Positions 9,444-19,475 of a DNA stretch of 64,000 bases are shown piece by piece. The translations under genes and the position numbers were made by a program. The stretch comes from Fervidobacterium sp. (GTDB lineage: Bacteria; Thermotogota; Thermotogae; Thermotogales; Fervidobacteriaceae). The notes beneath the pieces were generated by a model that saw only the letters and a program-made list of their open reading frames with translations, was not told the DNA's origin and searched no databases. Position 1 is the stretch's first letter; every line of letters begins with the position of its first letter. Location of the stretch: NCBI GenBank assembly GCA_049970055.1, contig JBMFNR010000001.1, forward strand, positions 1 to 64,000, written 5' to 3'.

Positions 9444-10613
9444 TTAGTATTCTTCCTTAATAACCTTCCTCTGAACTAATGAAAGTGTTAAAATTACTAC
9501 AAATAAGATGACCGCGAGAGTGCTTGCATATCCCATCTTTCCGTACTCAAACGCATTTTTGTAGATGTAAAACGATATTGTAATATTTCTCAAGTTTCTT
9601 ATCAAGAAATAAATTTGGTCAAAAACTTGCATACATCCAATCGTACCCATGATAGATACGAAGACTATCTGAGGTCTTAGAAGTGGCAATGTGATCTTCC
9701 AAAAAGTATTCCACGCATTTGCTCCATCTATCTTGGCTGCTTCGTAAATACTCGATGGAATATCCTGAAGACCAGCTAAAAACGTGACCATAAAATAACC
9801 TGCGGTTGACCATATATTCATAGCCATTATTGCAAAGAGAGCAATTTTCGGATCGTTAAGATAATCTATTGGTTGGAAGCCAGCCCATCCAAAAAGGCTT
9901 AGCATTATTCTATTCAATACTCCAGGTTTTGAGTAAATAAGCCAAAAAATCATTGAAAGTGCCGCGGAAGAGGTAATTGCTGGCAAGAAAAATATTGACT
10001 TGAAGATATTTACGCCTCTTATTCTTGAATTTGCTGCAACAGCTAGAATCATTGCAAGCAGTGTTTGTATTGGTACAACGATGATTGAATAAAGTAAGGC
10101 ATTCAAAAAAGATGTGTAAAAATACATGTCTTTAAACATCTGTTTGAAATTTTCCAATCCAACGAACTTGGGAACGTATTTTGAAAATCTCTTTCCATAA
10201 TTACGGACATAAGTTTTTAAAAAATCTGATATTCTCATTTCCTTTGGAAGTTTTCCCTTTATGAAGTCATTTATTAAGTTTAACGAGTCAAAATTTTCTT
10301 TGATTATCTTTTTATCCTCTTCGCTCAAGTTAACACCAATGTCAAGCTCAACAAATGAGATTGGGTCGAAAGAATTTAATATTTTATCGATGGGATAATT
10401 CTTGGCCTCGTCTCTTAAGATTCCTGTGTGAATTTCCAAAGTGTCGTAAGGATTAAACGTATATGTAAATTTTCTAGCTTCAAGTGGCTGATAGTCAGTT
10501 AAGCTATAGTAAAAAGCCGCAATTATTGGATATATCGTGAATACGAGAACTGTAAGGATAACTGGAAACGCAAACAAGTACCCCACTAATGCCTCCTTTG
10601 TTTTGTATCTCAT
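9444..10613 (-). CDS. Carbohydrate ABC transporter permease (MalF-like) with large extracytoplasmic insert
   Basis: FVGLENF, IYEAAKIDGA, GYASTLA. Confidence 0.92.
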   Translation of the reverse strand: MRYKTKEALVGYLFAFPVILTVLVFTIYPIIAAFYYSLTDYQPLEARKFTYTFNPYDTLEIHTGILRDEAKNYPIDKILNSFDPISFVELDIGVNLSEEDKKIIKENFDSLNLINDFIKGKLPKEMRISDFLKTYVRNYGKRFSKYVPKFVGLENFKQMFKDMYFYTSFLNALLYSIIVVPIQTLLAMILAVAANSRIRGVNIFKSIFFLPAITSSAALSMIFWLIYSKPGVLNRIMLSLFGWAGFQPIDYLNDPKIALFAIMAMNIWSTAGYFMVTFLAGLQDIPSSIYEAAKIDGANAWNTFWKITLPLLRPQIVFVSIMGTIGCMQVFDQIYFLIRNLRNITISFYIYKNAFEYGKMGYASTLAVILFVVILTLSLVQRKVIKEEY

Positions 10614-10643
10614 GATTTTAACCTCCGAAATGCTTATTTTTTC

Positions 10644-10668
10644 AAAAAGGGAGGCAAGAAGCCTCCCT
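10644..10668 (-). terminator. Intra-operon hairpin/terminator after binding-protein gene
   Basis: AGGGAGGC-TTCTT-GCCTCCCT followed by TTTT on the minus strand. Confidence 0.7.
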
Positions 10669-10688
10669 AATGATCCTTCAAGTTTAAG

Positions 10689-11906
10689 TTACTTGGAGAC
10701 CCATTTGTTGTAATTTTCTTCTATGATTTTTATAGCCTGGTCTACCGTAAGTTTCTTATAGAACATATCTTTCAGTAATGAATTTATCTGATCATTGGCG
10801 GTAGCGAAAAGTCCGGTTGGCGTTGAAACTTTCCATGGAGTTCCATACTCAGCACCTTTGTAGAAAACTTGTTTTATAGGATCCTTGTCTTGATCAGCGA
10901 GAGATTTTCTCGAGGCAAGGACGCCAGCACCTTGGACAAATATCTTCTGCCCTTCTGATACCAAGAATTTAAGTACTTCCCAGGCAGCATCCTTATTTGG
11001 TGTAGCCCTGTTGATAGACCATGCAACAGTGTATATCATAGTTGATTTCTTTACACCTTTTGGCATTTCAACAATACCCATTTTTTTGAACGTATCTGGG
11101 AAAGAATCCCTCATGAAACCTATTGTCCAAGGACCTTCCATGACAACTGCACATTTTTCAGTAGCAATCGCTTCACCAAGCCAGCCGGAACCAAGTGCTG
11201 AGGGTTCTTTAGCGACTCCGTATTTTGTTACAAGATCGATGTAGAATTGTATAGCCTTTTTCGAATTAGGTTCACCAAGCGCAGTTGAAAGGTCTGGTTT
11301 AACAAGTCTTCCGCCAAAACTGATAATAAAAGGAATAACTCTGTTGAAATCAGGTGCTAAGCCAAGAGGTGTTTCGTATCCAGCCTTTTTGAGTTGCAGT
11401 AATTTATTAAGGAATGTGTCCCACGTCTCGTCGTTTGTCAAATATGGTACTTTGTACTTATCAAAGATTTCTTTGTTGAACCAGAGAGCGAGTGTTGAAA
11501 AATCCTTTGCTATTCCGTATAACCTATTTTGATATTTGAATGCATCTATAAGCGAAGAATAAAAGTCGTTGAGATCAAAGTTGTCTCGCTTTACGTATGT
11601 ATCGAGTGGGAGAAGTACGTTTGCTCTTGCTAGTTCTTCAAATACATAAACATCAACATAGAAAATATCTGGTCCTGTACCGCCTGAAAGTCTTGTCATG
11701 AGTACTTGTTTGTAATCTCCTGCTATCGGTTCCCAAACGACTTCAATACCTTTTTGCTTACCTATTGTGTTGTTGAAAGTTTCTACCGCTTTCTTTATGG
11801 CTCCTTCTTCAATAGGATTTCCCGGCCATCCAGAAATGGTGATCTTTGCCGCAAAAATACCAACTGTTAATAAAACAACCAACAAAACACTCACTAACTT
11901 TTTCAT
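10689..11906 (-). CDS. Sugar ABC transporter substrate-binding protein
   Basis: Signal peptide, PDIFYVD, YGIAKD, EGPW, AAWEVLKFL. Confidence 0.92.
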   Translation of the reverse strand: MKKLVSVLLVVLLTVGIFAAKITISGWPGNPIEEGAIKKAVETFNNTIGKQKGIEVVWEPIAGDYKQVLMTRLSGGTGPDIFYVDVYVFEELARANVLLPLDTYVKRDNFDLNDFYSSLIDAFKYQNRLYGIAKDFSTLALWFNKEIFDKYKVPYLTNDETWDTFLNKLLQLKKAGYETPLGLAPDFNRVIPFIISFGGRLVKPDLSTALGEPNSKKAIQFYIDLVTKYGVAKEPSALGSGWLGEAIATEKCAVVMEGPWTIGFMRDSFPDTFKKMGIVEMPKGVKKSTMIYTVAWSINRATPNKDAAWEVLKFLVSEGQKIFVQGAGVLASRKSLADQDKDPIKQVFYKGAEYGTPWKVSTPTGLFATANDQINSLLKDMFYKKLTVDQAIKIIEENYNKWVSK

Positions 11907-12892
11907 ACCCTTCGCCCTCCCTCTTTTGAAATGAGGAACTTTTTTGTTCCTCTTACAATTAACTTTGTTTCGACAACTTCTGAAGAAACCTCTTTTCCTA
12001 AAGAAATAAAATGGAGTTTTTTAGCTACCTTTTCACCAACAAGTTCTATATTTTGGTCTATGGTTGTAAGGTCCGCAATCTCTGAAAGCAAGATATTATC
12101 AAAACCAATGACAGGTACATCAATATATTCACGCTCGCAAACCCTGAGTGCGGCATAGGCCATAACATCAGATGTACAGAATATTCCATCTATTGTTCCA
12201 AGGTACTTTTCAACTGTTGCTTTCACAATTTCGTCATCGTAATAGCAGTATTCCTTTACTACTTTCTTCTGACCACTTAAGAAAGCATTTTCGAATCCTT
12301 GGCATCGTTCTTTTTCAAATGGAAGATTTGGATCACCACCAATGAAAAGTACATTGCTGCAACCGATTTCTACAAGGTGTTGTCCAGCTTGGAAACCACC
12401 TGAGAAGTTGTCTGTGTCGACAAATATAAAATTGTTTTTATTATTACGCCCAACACAAACAAACGGTACGTCCATACTATTAAGAAGCTCTACTCTTTGA
12501 TCATCATCTTTTAGGTCCATGAGTATAAAACCATCCACCATCTTGGAAAGAACAAAATCTTTGTAATATTGGATGACATCACCTTTTGTAAAAACATCAA
12601 TGATAAGTTTTAACCCATTTTCCGAAAAGTACTTAACTGCACCTTTTAAAAATTTCGAGGCGTATGAATCTTCAAATACTCGCTCAACACCGCTCATAAC
12701 TGTTAGAGCGTATACACCTGTTTTTCTTGTTCTTAGAGATTTAGCAACTGCATGGGGCGTGTATCCATATTTTTTGGCAATTTCCATAACCTTTTCTCTT
12801 GTTTCAGGCCTAACTTTATCAGGTTCATTAAAAACTCTCGATATCGTTGCAACTGAGACTCCACAAAGCTTTGCAATTTCTTTTACAGTCAT
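11903..12892 (-). CDS. LacI family transcriptional regulator
   Basis: HTH TVKEIAKLCGVSVATISRVFN, hinge AKSL, IGFDN. Confidence 0.93.
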   Translation of the reverse strand: MTVKEIAKLCGVSVATISRVFNEPDKVRPETREKVMEIAKKYGYTPHAVAKSLRTRKTGVYALTVMSGVERVFEDSYASKFLKGAVKYFSENGLKLIIDVFTKGDVIQYYKDFVLSKMVDGFILMDLKDDDQRVELLNSMDVPFVCVGRNNKNNFIFVDTDNFSGGFQAGQHLVEIGCSNVLFIGGDPNLPFEKERCQGFENAFLSGQKKVVKEYCYYDDEIVKATVEKYLGTIDGIFCTSDVMAYAALRVCEREYIDVPVIGFDNILLSEIADLTTIDQNIELVGEKVAKKLHFISLGKEVSSEVVETKLIVRGTKKFLISKEGGRRV

Positions 12893-12916
12893 TTTATCCC
12901 CCTCTTTGGTTTTTGA

Positions 12917-12943
12917 TGTAATCGATTACTGTAATCGATTACA
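12917..12943. promoter_or_regulatory. Tandem LacI-type operators
   Basis: Two perfect palindromes GTAATCGATTAC (12918-12929, 12931-12942) with central CG, just downstream of a minus-strand TAGAAT -10 (12955-12950). Confidence 0.8.
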
Positions 12944-13172
12944 TTACGAATTCTATCAAAAACTCTCGTCTTTTCGAAACTTGATTAATACAGTTTTCAC
13001 AGTCTTTTGGTCTGCTTGTGTCTTGTGATAATGAAAAAGCTCTTTTTTTCATGAATTTTCTATTATTTTCTCAAAATTTTTATGGTATATATATTATATA
13101 TATTGTTCGTATCTAAAACGAAGATATGTTCTTTGGTGATTCTATGGTATAATTATTTCAAGGGGTGGTTGA

Positions 13173-13766
13173 ATGGAAAATATACGCCCAGCAGAACTTT
13201 CCGATTCCGATGTGATTTCAAAGCTAATACTCGAAACGGGGCTAAGTTTTTTACCGCTACTTTTTGGTCCACATGTCAAATTAATACTTGCAAGGCTTAT
13301 AAAGACTCCTGGCACTATTTTTTACTTGGATAATATTTATGTCTTAGAAATCGATGAGGGAAAGGTCGTTGGTGTACTTGTTGCGTTCCCTGGTAACGTT
13401 GTAAGGAGGAGGTCTTTGAAGACAGCAATAGTATTGTTTCAAATAATGGGGTTTGAGCTAATTAGGCGTCTTCGACTGTTCCGCCTTGTTGGAATAAGGA
13501 ATAAGGTTTCAAAAAATGAGTTTTATATATCAAACGTAGCAGTCGATAGAAATCATCGTGGAATGGGATACGGTAAAAAGTTAATGCTGTATGCGGAGAA
13601 ACTGGCTAAAGAAAGTGGTTTTTCAGTAATATCTTTGGATGTTGAAAATACTAATACTCGCGCTATTGATTTATACAAAAGGTTAGGTTACGTAGGCAAG
13701 AAGGTTAAAAGAATAGTAGTCAAAGGGAATAAATTCGTTTTTGTGAGGATGGAAAAAAAGATTTAG
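13173..13766 (+). CDS. GNAT family N-acetyltransferase
   Basis: VAVDRNHRGMGYG acetyl-CoA motif, NTRAIDLYKRLGY. Confidence 0.9.
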   Translation: MENIRPAELSDSDVISKLILETGLSFLPLLFGPHVKLILARLIKTPGTIFYLDNIYVLEIDEGKVVGVLVAFPGNVVRRRSLKTAIVLFQIMGFELIRRLRLFRLVGIRNKVSKNEFYISNVAVDRNHRGMGYGKKLMLYAEKLAKESGFSVISLDVENTNTRAIDLYKRLGYVGKKVKRIVVKGNKFVFVRMEKKI

Positions 13767-13797
13767 TAAAAGTATTTGTTGAGAGGTGTTTTAGAGG

Positions 13798-14931
13798 TTG
13801 AATAACGAAGTGAAAAAAATTACAGAAAAGTGTCCTGGATGTGGTGCAAAGATTCAGTTTGATAAACCTGGTGAACCTGGTTTTATACCGGCAGATGTGT
13901 ACGAAAAAAGGCTTAGGGAAGGGAAAGAGATCTTATGTCAAAGGTGCTTTAGATTAAAGCACTATGGGATGCTTACTGGGGAAGTAGACGAAGAAGAGAT
14001 CCTTACTTTTTTGCAAAAAGCTATTAAAAAGTTTGATAATTTCATGTATGTCGTTGATATTTTTGATTTTGAAGGTACGTTCAGGAGTGAAATCAACGAC
14101 ATGCTTTCGGAGAAGCAGGTGATATATGTTGTAAATAAATTTGATACTTTACCAAAATTTGTTAGTGGAGCGCAAGTAAAAGAATGGGTCAAGGGTAGGA
14201 TAAGACATGCTGATCCAGAGAATATATTTATCACAAGTACAAAAAACGGATACGGAATATCAAGGTTAAAAAAGTTTCTCGAAAAAATGGAAGGTGAGTT
14301 GTTAGTTTTAGGAGTAACAAATGTGGGAAAGTCTTCACTTTTGAAGTTGATCGCGGGCTCAAAAGTTGTTGTTTCACCCTATCCAGGTACAACTATAGGG
14401 TTAGTTAAGCATAAGTTTGGTAAGTTGAAGATATACGATACACCTGGTATTATAGTAAGTGATAGGCTTATTGACTTACTTGATCCTCAATGTCAGGCGG
14501 AAATATTAGCTAAAGGTGAGATAAGTAGAAAGACGCTTAAACCGTTTGAGGAAGAGACTATATTCATAGGTGGACTTTGTAAAGTGGTAGCAAGGTTGAG
14601 TAGCAACGAAAATCTAAGACCTATATTTCAGGTATTTGCACCGCAGAACGTTACTTTCCACAGAACAAAGAATATTCAGTTCATAGAAAACTTCTCCAAA
14701 TATTTTGGGAAAGAACTTGTTCCACCGTGTGGCAGAATGGATTTGGAACGGATTAAATTAAAACAGCTATCTGTGGAGGTAGATGAGCAAAAAGAATTAG
14801 TGATTCCGGGTCTATGTTGGATAAATGTAAAACGTGGGCCTGTTATGTTCGATATCCAGGTGCCTGAAAATGTTAACATCCATACCCGCCCTTCGTTAAT
14901 TCAACCGAAAAGAAAATTTAACAATATTTAA
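13798..14931 (+). CDS. yqeH: Ribosome biogenesis GTPase YqeH
   Basis: CPGC...CQRC zinc knuckle; circularly permuted NKFD, GVTNVGKS, DTPG. Confidence 0.9.
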   Translation: MNNEVKKITEKCPGCGAKIQFDKPGEPGFIPADVYEKRLREGKEILCQRCFRLKHYGMLTGEVDEEEILTFLQKAIKKFDNFMYVVDIFDFEGTFRSEINDMLSEKQVIYVVNKFDTLPKFVSGAQVKEWVKGRIRHADPENIFITSTKNGYGISRLKKFLEKMEGELLVLGVTNVGKSSLLKLIAGSKVVVSPYPGTTIGLVKHKFGKLKIYDTPGIIVSDRLIDLLDPQCQAEILAKGEISRKTLKPFEEETIFIGGLCKVVARLSSNENLRPIFQVFAPQNVTFHRTKNIQFIENFSKYFGKELVPPCGRMDLERIKLKQLSVEVDEQKELVIPGLCWINVKRGPVMFDIQVPENVNIHTRPSLIQPKRKFNNI

Positions 14932-14973
14932 CTTTGTTATCTCATTAGATTTCAGAGAGGAGGAGTATTATTT

Positions 14974-15561
14974 ATGAAGAAGAAGGAGCTTCCTATAATT
15001 GCTGGTGTAAGTAACAGGCACGTACATCTTTCCCGAGAGGATGTTGGGATCTTATTTGGAAAGGATTATCAATTAACACCTATAAAGGACCTCGGGCAAC
15101 CAGGACAATTTGCTTGTAAGGAAACTGTCATCATTGTGGGTCCAAAAGGTGCTATAGAAGGAGTAAGGGTACTCGGTCCTGAGAGGAAAGAAACGCAAGT
15201 GGAAATTTCTCTTACCGATGCTTTCAAACTTGGTGTTATGCCTCCAGTTAGAGATAGTGGTGATTTGGAAGGTACACCTGGCATCACTATCGTGGGTCCA
15301 AAAGGTACGGTTGTTAAAAGTAGGGGAGTAATTATTGCAAAAAGACACATACATATGCATACAAGTGATGCAGAAAAATTTGGAGTCAAGGATAAAGATA
15401 TAGTGAAAGTAATTGTCGAAAAAGGTGATAGAAGGCTCATATTCGATGATGTACTTATAAGAGTTAGCGAAAAGTTTGCGCTCGAATTTCATGTGGACAC
15501 AGATGAGGCAAATGCTGCGATGTTGAAAACAGGGGATTATGTCTACATATTGGAAGAATAA
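14974..15561 (+). CDS. pduL: PduL-type phosphate acyltransferase
   Basis: SNRHVHLS, QPGQFA, RDSGDL, RHIHM, HVDTDEANA. Confidence 0.93.
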   Translation: MKKKELPIIAGVSNRHVHLSREDVGILFGKDYQLTPIKDLGQPGQFACKETVIIVGPKGAIEGVRVLGPERKETQVEISLTDAFKLGVMPPVRDSGDLEGTPGITIVGPKGTVVKSRGVIIAKRHIHMHTSDAEKFGVKDKDIVKVIVEKGDRRLIFDDVLIRVSEKFALEFHVDTDEANAAMLKTGDYVYILEE

Positions 15562-15639
15562 TTACTTTCTGACGGATAATTGGTTCTAAACTAACTTATA
15601 ATTGTACTTTCCAAACGTATTCTGTTGGTGGTGGGATCT

Positions 15640-15828
15640 TTGAAAGTTCGATACGAGTTTAAAACCTACGAATTTGATGAATCACTTAAAGGTATTGAAT
15701 TGTTGAAAAGGCTAAATTTAAATCCTGAAGAACATTTGATAATCGTTGATGGGGAGATTTACACTGAGGACAGAGTTATTAAAAAGGACAGGGAAGTAAC
15801 GATTGTCAAAGTGACGAGTAGTGGATGA
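15640..15828 (+). CDS. ThiS/MoaD/TtuB-like ubiquitin-fold sulfur carrier
   Basis: About 62 aa, LKRLNLNPE, IIVDGE, C-terminal IVKVTSSG; start codon uncertain. Confidence 0.7.
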   Translation: MKVRYEFKTYEFDESLKGIELLKRLNLNPEEHLIIVDGEIYTEDRVIKKDREVTIVKVTSSG

Positions 15829-15893
15829 TAGGGGATTAGTTCATTTTTTAGAATACACATTTAATACGTAAATTGACTTCAGGAGGTTTGGTA

Positions 15894-17027
15894 GTGGACG
15901 CACATATATTTATAGGATTACTGGCTGCCTCGATTGTTATAAATGGTGTGTTTATAAGAAAGTTATTTAAAGAAAAAAAGAAGTCAAAATATTTGGCTTC
16001 TCAAGTTCAAAAATTTAGGGATCTTTCAACAAAATTCAGGGAGATAGTTGTTCAGCGTGAAGACTTCTTTTACAGAAATATCCATGAGGTGTCATTGAGC
16101 TTTATTAGTGATGTAGAGAACAGCTGCCTTGTGGCATTTGATGGTGAAAATGGGAAAATAGTTTCTTACAAAGGAAGTGTATTTAAAAGTGCAAGCGTCG
16201 ATGATAAAAAAATAAAAAAAACTGATTTTCCGTACTCGGCTGAAAGAGTTTATATTGTTAATAAAAGTAATTTCCCCATTAAATTTGAACCATCTACAGG
16301 TGAGTCGTCGGATTCGAAGGTTCTCGTCGCAGACATACATGTTGGTGGTGAATTAAAAGCAAAGTTAATATTGGAAAGGGATAAACCGTTTATCTCAGAC
16401 GAAATTGAGATTTTGAAAAGTTTAAGTGGGTTTCTTACATCTTTTATAGCAACACATACGTATCTTTCAAACCAGGGTAAATTTCAGAAAGATATGATTC
16501 TCACTATGATAAGAATACTTGAATACCACGATCCTTATACAAAAGGTCACTCGAAAAGCGTTGCAAACCTTGCTTCGATGCTTGCTGAAAGGCTAGGCCT
16601 AAGCGATGAAATGATAAAAAAAGCATATTGGGCAGCACTCGTTCACGATATTGGAAAGATAATTGTTCCATCAACGATTTTGAATAAAGAAGGAAAGTTG
16701 ACGATAGAGGAATTCGAAATTATAAAGAAACATCCTGTATATGGTCATGATTTTCTTTCAACATCTACAGAATTGAGAGAGCTTGCTAAATACGTTTTGC
16801 ACCATCATGAAAGGTGGGATGGGAAAGGCTATCCAGCAGGTCTCTCGGGCGAAGACATACCACTTATATCAAGAATCATTACAATTGTAGATGCTTGGGA
16901 TGCTATGAGAAGTGATAGACCCTACAGAAAAGGAATGTCTGAAGAAAGTGCTCGTAAAGAAATAATAGCTCATTCTGGTATGCAATTCGATCCGGATATT
17001 TTGAAGGCATTTTTAGATATTATATAA
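15894..17027 (+). CDS. HD-GYP domain phosphodiesterase with N-terminal TM and GAF-like region
   Basis: DPYTKGHS, HDIGK, HHERWDGKGYP, DRPYR; GTG start after AGGAGG. Confidence 0.9.
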   Translation: MDAHIFIGLLAASIVINGVFIRKLFKEKKKSKYLASQVQKFRDLSTKFREIVVQREDFFYRNIHEVSLSFISDVENSCLVAFDGENGKIVSYKGSVFKSASVDDKKIKKTDFPYSAERVYIVNKSNFPIKFEPSTGESSDSKVLVADIHVGGELKAKLILERDKPFISDEIEILKSLSGFLTSFIATHTYLSNQGKFQKDMILTMIRILEYHDPYTKGHSKSVANLASMLAERLGLSDEMIKKAYWAALVHDIGKIIVPSTILNKEGKLTIEEFEIIKKHPVYGHDFLSTSTELRELAKYVLHHHERWDGKGYPAGLSGEDIPLISRIITIVDAWDAMRSDRPYRKGMSEESARKEIIAHSGMQFDPDILKAFLDII

Positions 17028-17052
17028 AACGAGTTTCAAAGGGGGAAGTAGG

Positions 17053-18156
17053 ATGTTGAGATTCACTGTGAGTAAGTCGGAAATCGGAAAGAAGATTTCA
17101 ATTGCCACATCGGCCGTTGGTTCAAGGACTGTTGATCCGATTTTGCAATGTTTACTCTTTAGACCCGTAAATGGTGTAATAAAAATCCATGCGACTGACT
17201 TACAAACATCTGTTATATCTCATGTTCGAGTAGGTGAATATGAAGGTAACGAACCTTTTGCTGTTGATGCTGAGTTAATAGACGATATCGTAAGCAATCT
17301 ACCCGAGGATGAAGTTACTTTCGAATACTCAAATGGGAAGTTAGTTGTGAAAAGTGGAAAAGCAAGGTACAGTATTTCGACTGTGTCAGACTTGGATAGA
17401 TTTCCAATGATAGAAACGGACGAAAGTGGAATAAAATTCAGTATAGACACGTCTATCCTGGAAGAGATGCTCGATAAGGTTAGTTTTTGTGCCTCGAATG
17501 AAAGTGCAATGAAGGCATTAAATGGTGTGTACTGGGAAATACACGGTGGGTTCTTAAGGTTAGTGGCAAGCGATGGTTACCGGCTGGCATTAGCGGAACA
17601 AAAATTAAACATCGATAGTGAGTTCGACTTCATTATCGCACTTAAGAGCGTGAAAGAGTTAGAGAAACTATTGTCTAACACTACAGAGCCGACGATAAAT
17701 ATCACTTATGACCATTCGCTTGTCTCATTTAATGCAGGAGATGTGACAACAATTGTTAGAACAGTCGAAGAAACGTTCCCGGATTACAAAAGGGTCCTTC
17801 CAAAGGTTTTCAAGACGAGGGTAATACTTAATTTGGAAGATTTTTCGGAAGCTCTGAAACGTGTTATGGTTATTGCTAAAAGAGGTAATGAAAAAGTGCA
17901 GCTTAAAATTACCGATGATGTTATGGAGTTGACAAGCCAGAGTTCTGACTTTGGTGAAGCCATTGAAAGTATACCTATTACGAAAGATGGAGAAGATCTC
18001 ATAATTAATTTTAACCCGAAATTTCTTAACGAAGCGGTTAAACATATCGATGAAAGGGAAATTGAGTTCAATTTTGTTGATAACCTTAGTCCACTTCAAA
18101 TAAATCCAAGAAATGTTGGAGGGTACATGTACATAGTTTTACCGGTAAGAGCCTAA
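17053..18156 (+). CDS. dnaN: DNA polymerase III beta clamp
   Basis: 367 aa, ATDL, LNGVY, VASDGYRLA, FPDYKRVLP, FNPKFL, IVLPVR. Confidence 0.95.
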   Translation: MLRFTVSKSEIGKKISIATSAVGSRTVDPILQCLLFRPVNGVIKIHATDLQTSVISHVRVGEYEGNEPFAVDAELIDDIVSNLPEDEVTFEYSNGKLVVKSGKARYSISTVSDLDRFPMIETDESGIKFSIDTSILEEMLDKVSFCASNESAMKALNGVYWEIHGGFLRLVASDGYRLALAEQKLNIDSEFDFIIALKSVKELEKLLSNTTEPTINITYDHSLVSFNAGDVTTIVRTVEETFPDYKRVLPKVFKTRVILNLEDFSEALKRVMVIAKRGNEKVQLKITDDVMELTSQSSDFGEAIESIPITKDGEDLIINFNPKFLNEAVKHIDEREIEFNFVDNLSPLQINPRNVGGYMYIVLPVRA

Positions 18157-18210
18157 TAAAATACGACAATCTTGAAAAAATACAAAAACTTACCGGAAGA
18201 AGGTGTGACC

Positions 18211-18609
18211 TTGAGAAAAGGGTTTACTCTTATAGAATTATTGATAGTGATGGCAATCATAGCTACACTTATGGCAGTCGCGACCCCTGTAGGTGTGAAT
18301 GCGCTTTCACAAGCTAAGGCAACTAATGTTTCAGGAAACTTCTATGCGATTTATCAAGCAGTTTTACAGATGCTTTTGCTTGAGCAAAATCCACCTACAA
18401 ATGGGGATATACTAAGATATCTCGTTGACAAAGGTTATATATCAACCGCACCACGCGGATTTGAGGTGGTATATACAACTGTTGGAGGTAAAGGAGTGTA
18501 CAGAATTCGCTATTTGGAAGCTGATGTGGATGTTCTTAAAGTAAGGGCGATAAACAATATGGTTACACTTGATGAGACCGGAAAATTGATAATTGACGTA
18601 CCGAAATAA
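18211..18609 (+). CDS. Type IV pilin/pseudopilin-like protein
   Basis: Prepilin cleavage motif RKG|FTLIELLIVMAII; TTG start inferred. Confidence 0.88.
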   Translation: MRKGFTLIELLIVMAIIATLMAVATPVGVNALSQAKATNVSGNFYAIYQAVLQMLLLEQNPPTNGDILRYLVDKGYISTAPRGFEVVYTTVGGKGVYRIRYLEADVDVLKVRAINNMVTLDETGKLIIDVPK

Positions 18610-18632
18610 AATAGCAAAGAAAGAGTGGCAAT

Positions 18633-19475
18633 ATGTTAAAGTTAGAAAGTGTATCTAAAGAATTTTACAGTAAAGAAGGCAAAGCAAGAATTGCCTTGAG
18701 AGATATTAACGGTGAATTTTTCCTCGGGGACGTAATTGCAGTGATTGGTGAAAATGGTAGTGGGAAAAGTACTTTGCTTAACATTATAGCTACGTTTTTA
18801 AAGCCCTCGAGTGGGAATGTACTTTTCGATGGCCATGATGTTTTTAAAAACTTAAAAGAATATCGAGGGATGATTTCGTACGTTTCTGAGAAAGGAGCGT
18901 TTATACCCGAATTGAGTGCCTCAGAAAATTTGGAGTATTTTCGAAAGCTGTTTGAAGCAAAAACTAACATTATTGAGATATCGGAAAGAGTTGGAATAAA
19001 AGAACTTTTGAAGAGTAAGCCTGAAAATTTGTCAAAAGGTCAACGTCAGAGACTCTCACTTGCAATTAGTATGCTTAAAAATTCGAAGATTATATTGCTT
19101 GATGAACCGGCTGAAGGACTTGATATCGAAACAAAAGAAGTTGTGAAATCGATTATGAGGGAATACAAAGAAAGCGATAAGTTAGTCTTTTACGTTACAC
19201 ATGACGAAGATGAGATTGAAGAGGTCTGCAACAAAATAATTGTATTAAGAGCTGGCGAGGAAGGTTTTGTCGGCACTAAAGAAGAGTTTTGGCAACGGTA
19301 TGAGAAGTTTTATAAAGTTGTCTATGAGGTCGACGGTAAAAGAAAAGTTGAGGTTATGAGCCTTGATGAGCTTAACAAACGAAAAAGCGAAATAAAGATT
19401 TTGCACTTACGAAATTTGAGGTTGAGGGAGATTATTAATTTCATAGAAAATATGAAGGAGGATGAAACTTCGTGA
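18633..19475 (+). CDS. ABC transporter ATP-binding protein
   Basis: GENGSGKS, LSKGQ, LLDEP, VTH. Confidence 0.9.
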   Translation: MLKLESVSKEFYSKEGKARIALRDINGEFFLGDVIAVIGENGSGKSTLLNIIATFLKPSSGNVLFDGHDVFKNLKEYRGMISYVSEKGAFIPELSASENLEYFRKLFEAKTNIIEISERVGIKELLKSKPENLSKGQRQRLSLAISMLKNSKIILLDEPAEGLDIETKEVVKSIMREYKESDKLVFYVTHDEDEIEEVCNKIIVLRAGEEGFVGTKEEFWQRYEKFYKVVYEVDGKRKVEVMSLDELNKRKSEIKILHLRNLRLREIINFIENMKEDETS

